This document shows, in pieces, positions 63,476 through 64,000 of a DNA stretch of 64,000 bases. Numbering within the stretch: the stretch's first letter is position 1; the number at the start of each line of letters is the position of its first letter. The notes beneath the pieces are model-generated. The model worked only from the letters and a program-made list of their open reading frames with translations, had not been told where the DNA came from and did no database searches. Source of the DNA: Candidatus Eiseniibacteriota bacterium (GTDB lineage Bacteria; Joyebacterota; Joyebacteria; Joyebacterales; Joyebacteraceae); the NCBI GenBank assembly GCA_043815815.1, contig JBDRIO010000009.1:75293-139292 (forward strand). Direction: 5' to 3'. The position numbers were made by a program, and so were the translations under genes.

Positions 63476-64000
63476 CTATCCATTCCCCACCCGCAGCGTC
63501 ACGCTCTCGCCCTCGATGATGCGCGCGCCGGCCACCGGCTCCTGCACCACCACGACCTCGCGGAGCAGACGCCTCCCGCCGCGCTCGTACCTGACAGAGC
63601 GCACTACGAGGCCCAGCTGCTCCGCGATGAGACGTGCTTCCTCAGGCGTCCGCCCCACCAGCGACGGCATGACGAGCGCGAGCGGACGGGGACCCTGGCT
63701 CACTACCATGCTGATGCCGCTGCCGGCGGGCTGGATCGAGCCGCTGCGCGGCATCGTCCCCACGACCCTTCCCCGCTCCACGTTGTCCGTGTACGCCTGG
63801 CCGACCGAGCTGATGGCGAAGCCCGCCGCCTCGGCGTCGAGCTGGGCCTGGCGGGACGTGAGGCCCGAGAGCGGCGGCACGACCTTGAGGTCCAGCCCCG
63901 AGCTGACCACGACTGTGACCGTGCGCCCGCGCTTCGTGTCGACACCCGGCTCCGGCAGCTGGCGAATGATCGCGCCCACCGGGAGCTCGGGGTCCGGTTG
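63476..64000 (-). CDS. PASTA-repeat protein, C-terminal part only (PknB-like Ser/Thr kinase sensor or PASTA-domain protein); continues beyond window
   Basis: At least three PASTA units ('VVPPLSGLTSRQAQLDAEAAGFAI...', 'VMPSLVGRTPEEARLIAEQLGLVV...'). The frame stays open to nt 64000. Confidence 0.75.
   Translation of the reverse strand, partial: QPDPELPVGAIIRQLPEPGVDTKRGRTVTVVVSSGLDLKVVPPLSGLTSRQAQLDAEAAGFAISSVGQAYTDNVERGRVVGTMPRSGSIQPAGSGISMVVSQGPRPLALVMPSLVGRTPEEARLIAEQLGLVVRSVRYERGGRRLLREVVVVQEPVAGARIIEGESVTLRVGNG

Noticed and set aside
1-64000. Search by eye for rRNA, tmRNA, RNase P RNA, SRP RNA, riboswitches, IS elements, integrases, toxin-antitoxin pairs, restriction-modification or other defence genes.
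   Set aside because: None was recognised. The absence of ncRNAs cannot be asserted without covariance-model scans (Infernal/Rfam), which I cannot run.

Overview
This is a very GC-rich (value not computed), gene-dense bacterial chromosomal segment with almost all genes on the minus strand. Contents, in coordinate order:
- **1.** A 5'-truncated hybrid PAS/GAF histidine kinase.
- **2.** A complete dcw division/cell-wall operon read from 24480 down to 6511: mraZ, a STAS gene, rsmH, ftsL-like, ftsI, murE, murF, mraY, murD, ftsW, murG, murC, murB, ftsQ, ftsA, ftsZ. A TPR protein and an uncharacterised radical-SAM enzyme follow it.
- **3.** Two very large secreted proteins: a GEVED-domain protein with an internal domain duplication, and a 1580-aa gingipain-like C25 peptidase with an 8-blade FG-GAP-type propeller. 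A papain-like C1 protease lies about 20 kb away. All three end in the same T9SS/FlgD-Ig-type C-terminal sorting domain.
- **4.** Divergent tRNA-Ala(GGC) and tRNA-Leu(CAA).
- **5.** Lipoprotein, Yip1 and 2xPDZ genes.
- **6.** An OMF-MFP-RND efflux operon followed by rsgA and an LbH nucleotidyltransferase-like gene.
- **7.** An IMPase and a fused M16 peptidase.
- **8.** A PAP2 phosphatase plus two GT-C-like membrane proteins.
- **9.** comM/yifB-yraN-rnhB, ffh-rpsP-KH-rimM-trmD-rplS, rpe, and the 3' part of a PASTA-repeat protein.

I saw no rRNA, CRISPR, transposase, integrase, phage or recognisable defence/TA genes.

Most noteworthy observations:
- an orphan STAS gene wedged between mraZ and rsmH;
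- a textbook-like GTGGG x3 (10-bp phased) MraZ operator;
- the three-member CTD-tagged protease/adhesin set next to a lipid-carrier glycosylation-like module;
- a 20-nt x6 GGGTGG-phased intergenic array;
- a recurring pattern of degenerate tandem 'echo' copies of gene 3' termini.

None of these is proven novel from sequence alone. All start codons, domain names and promoter/terminator calls are by-eye inferences made without database searches. The many long antisense ORFs in the track are GC-composition artefacts.
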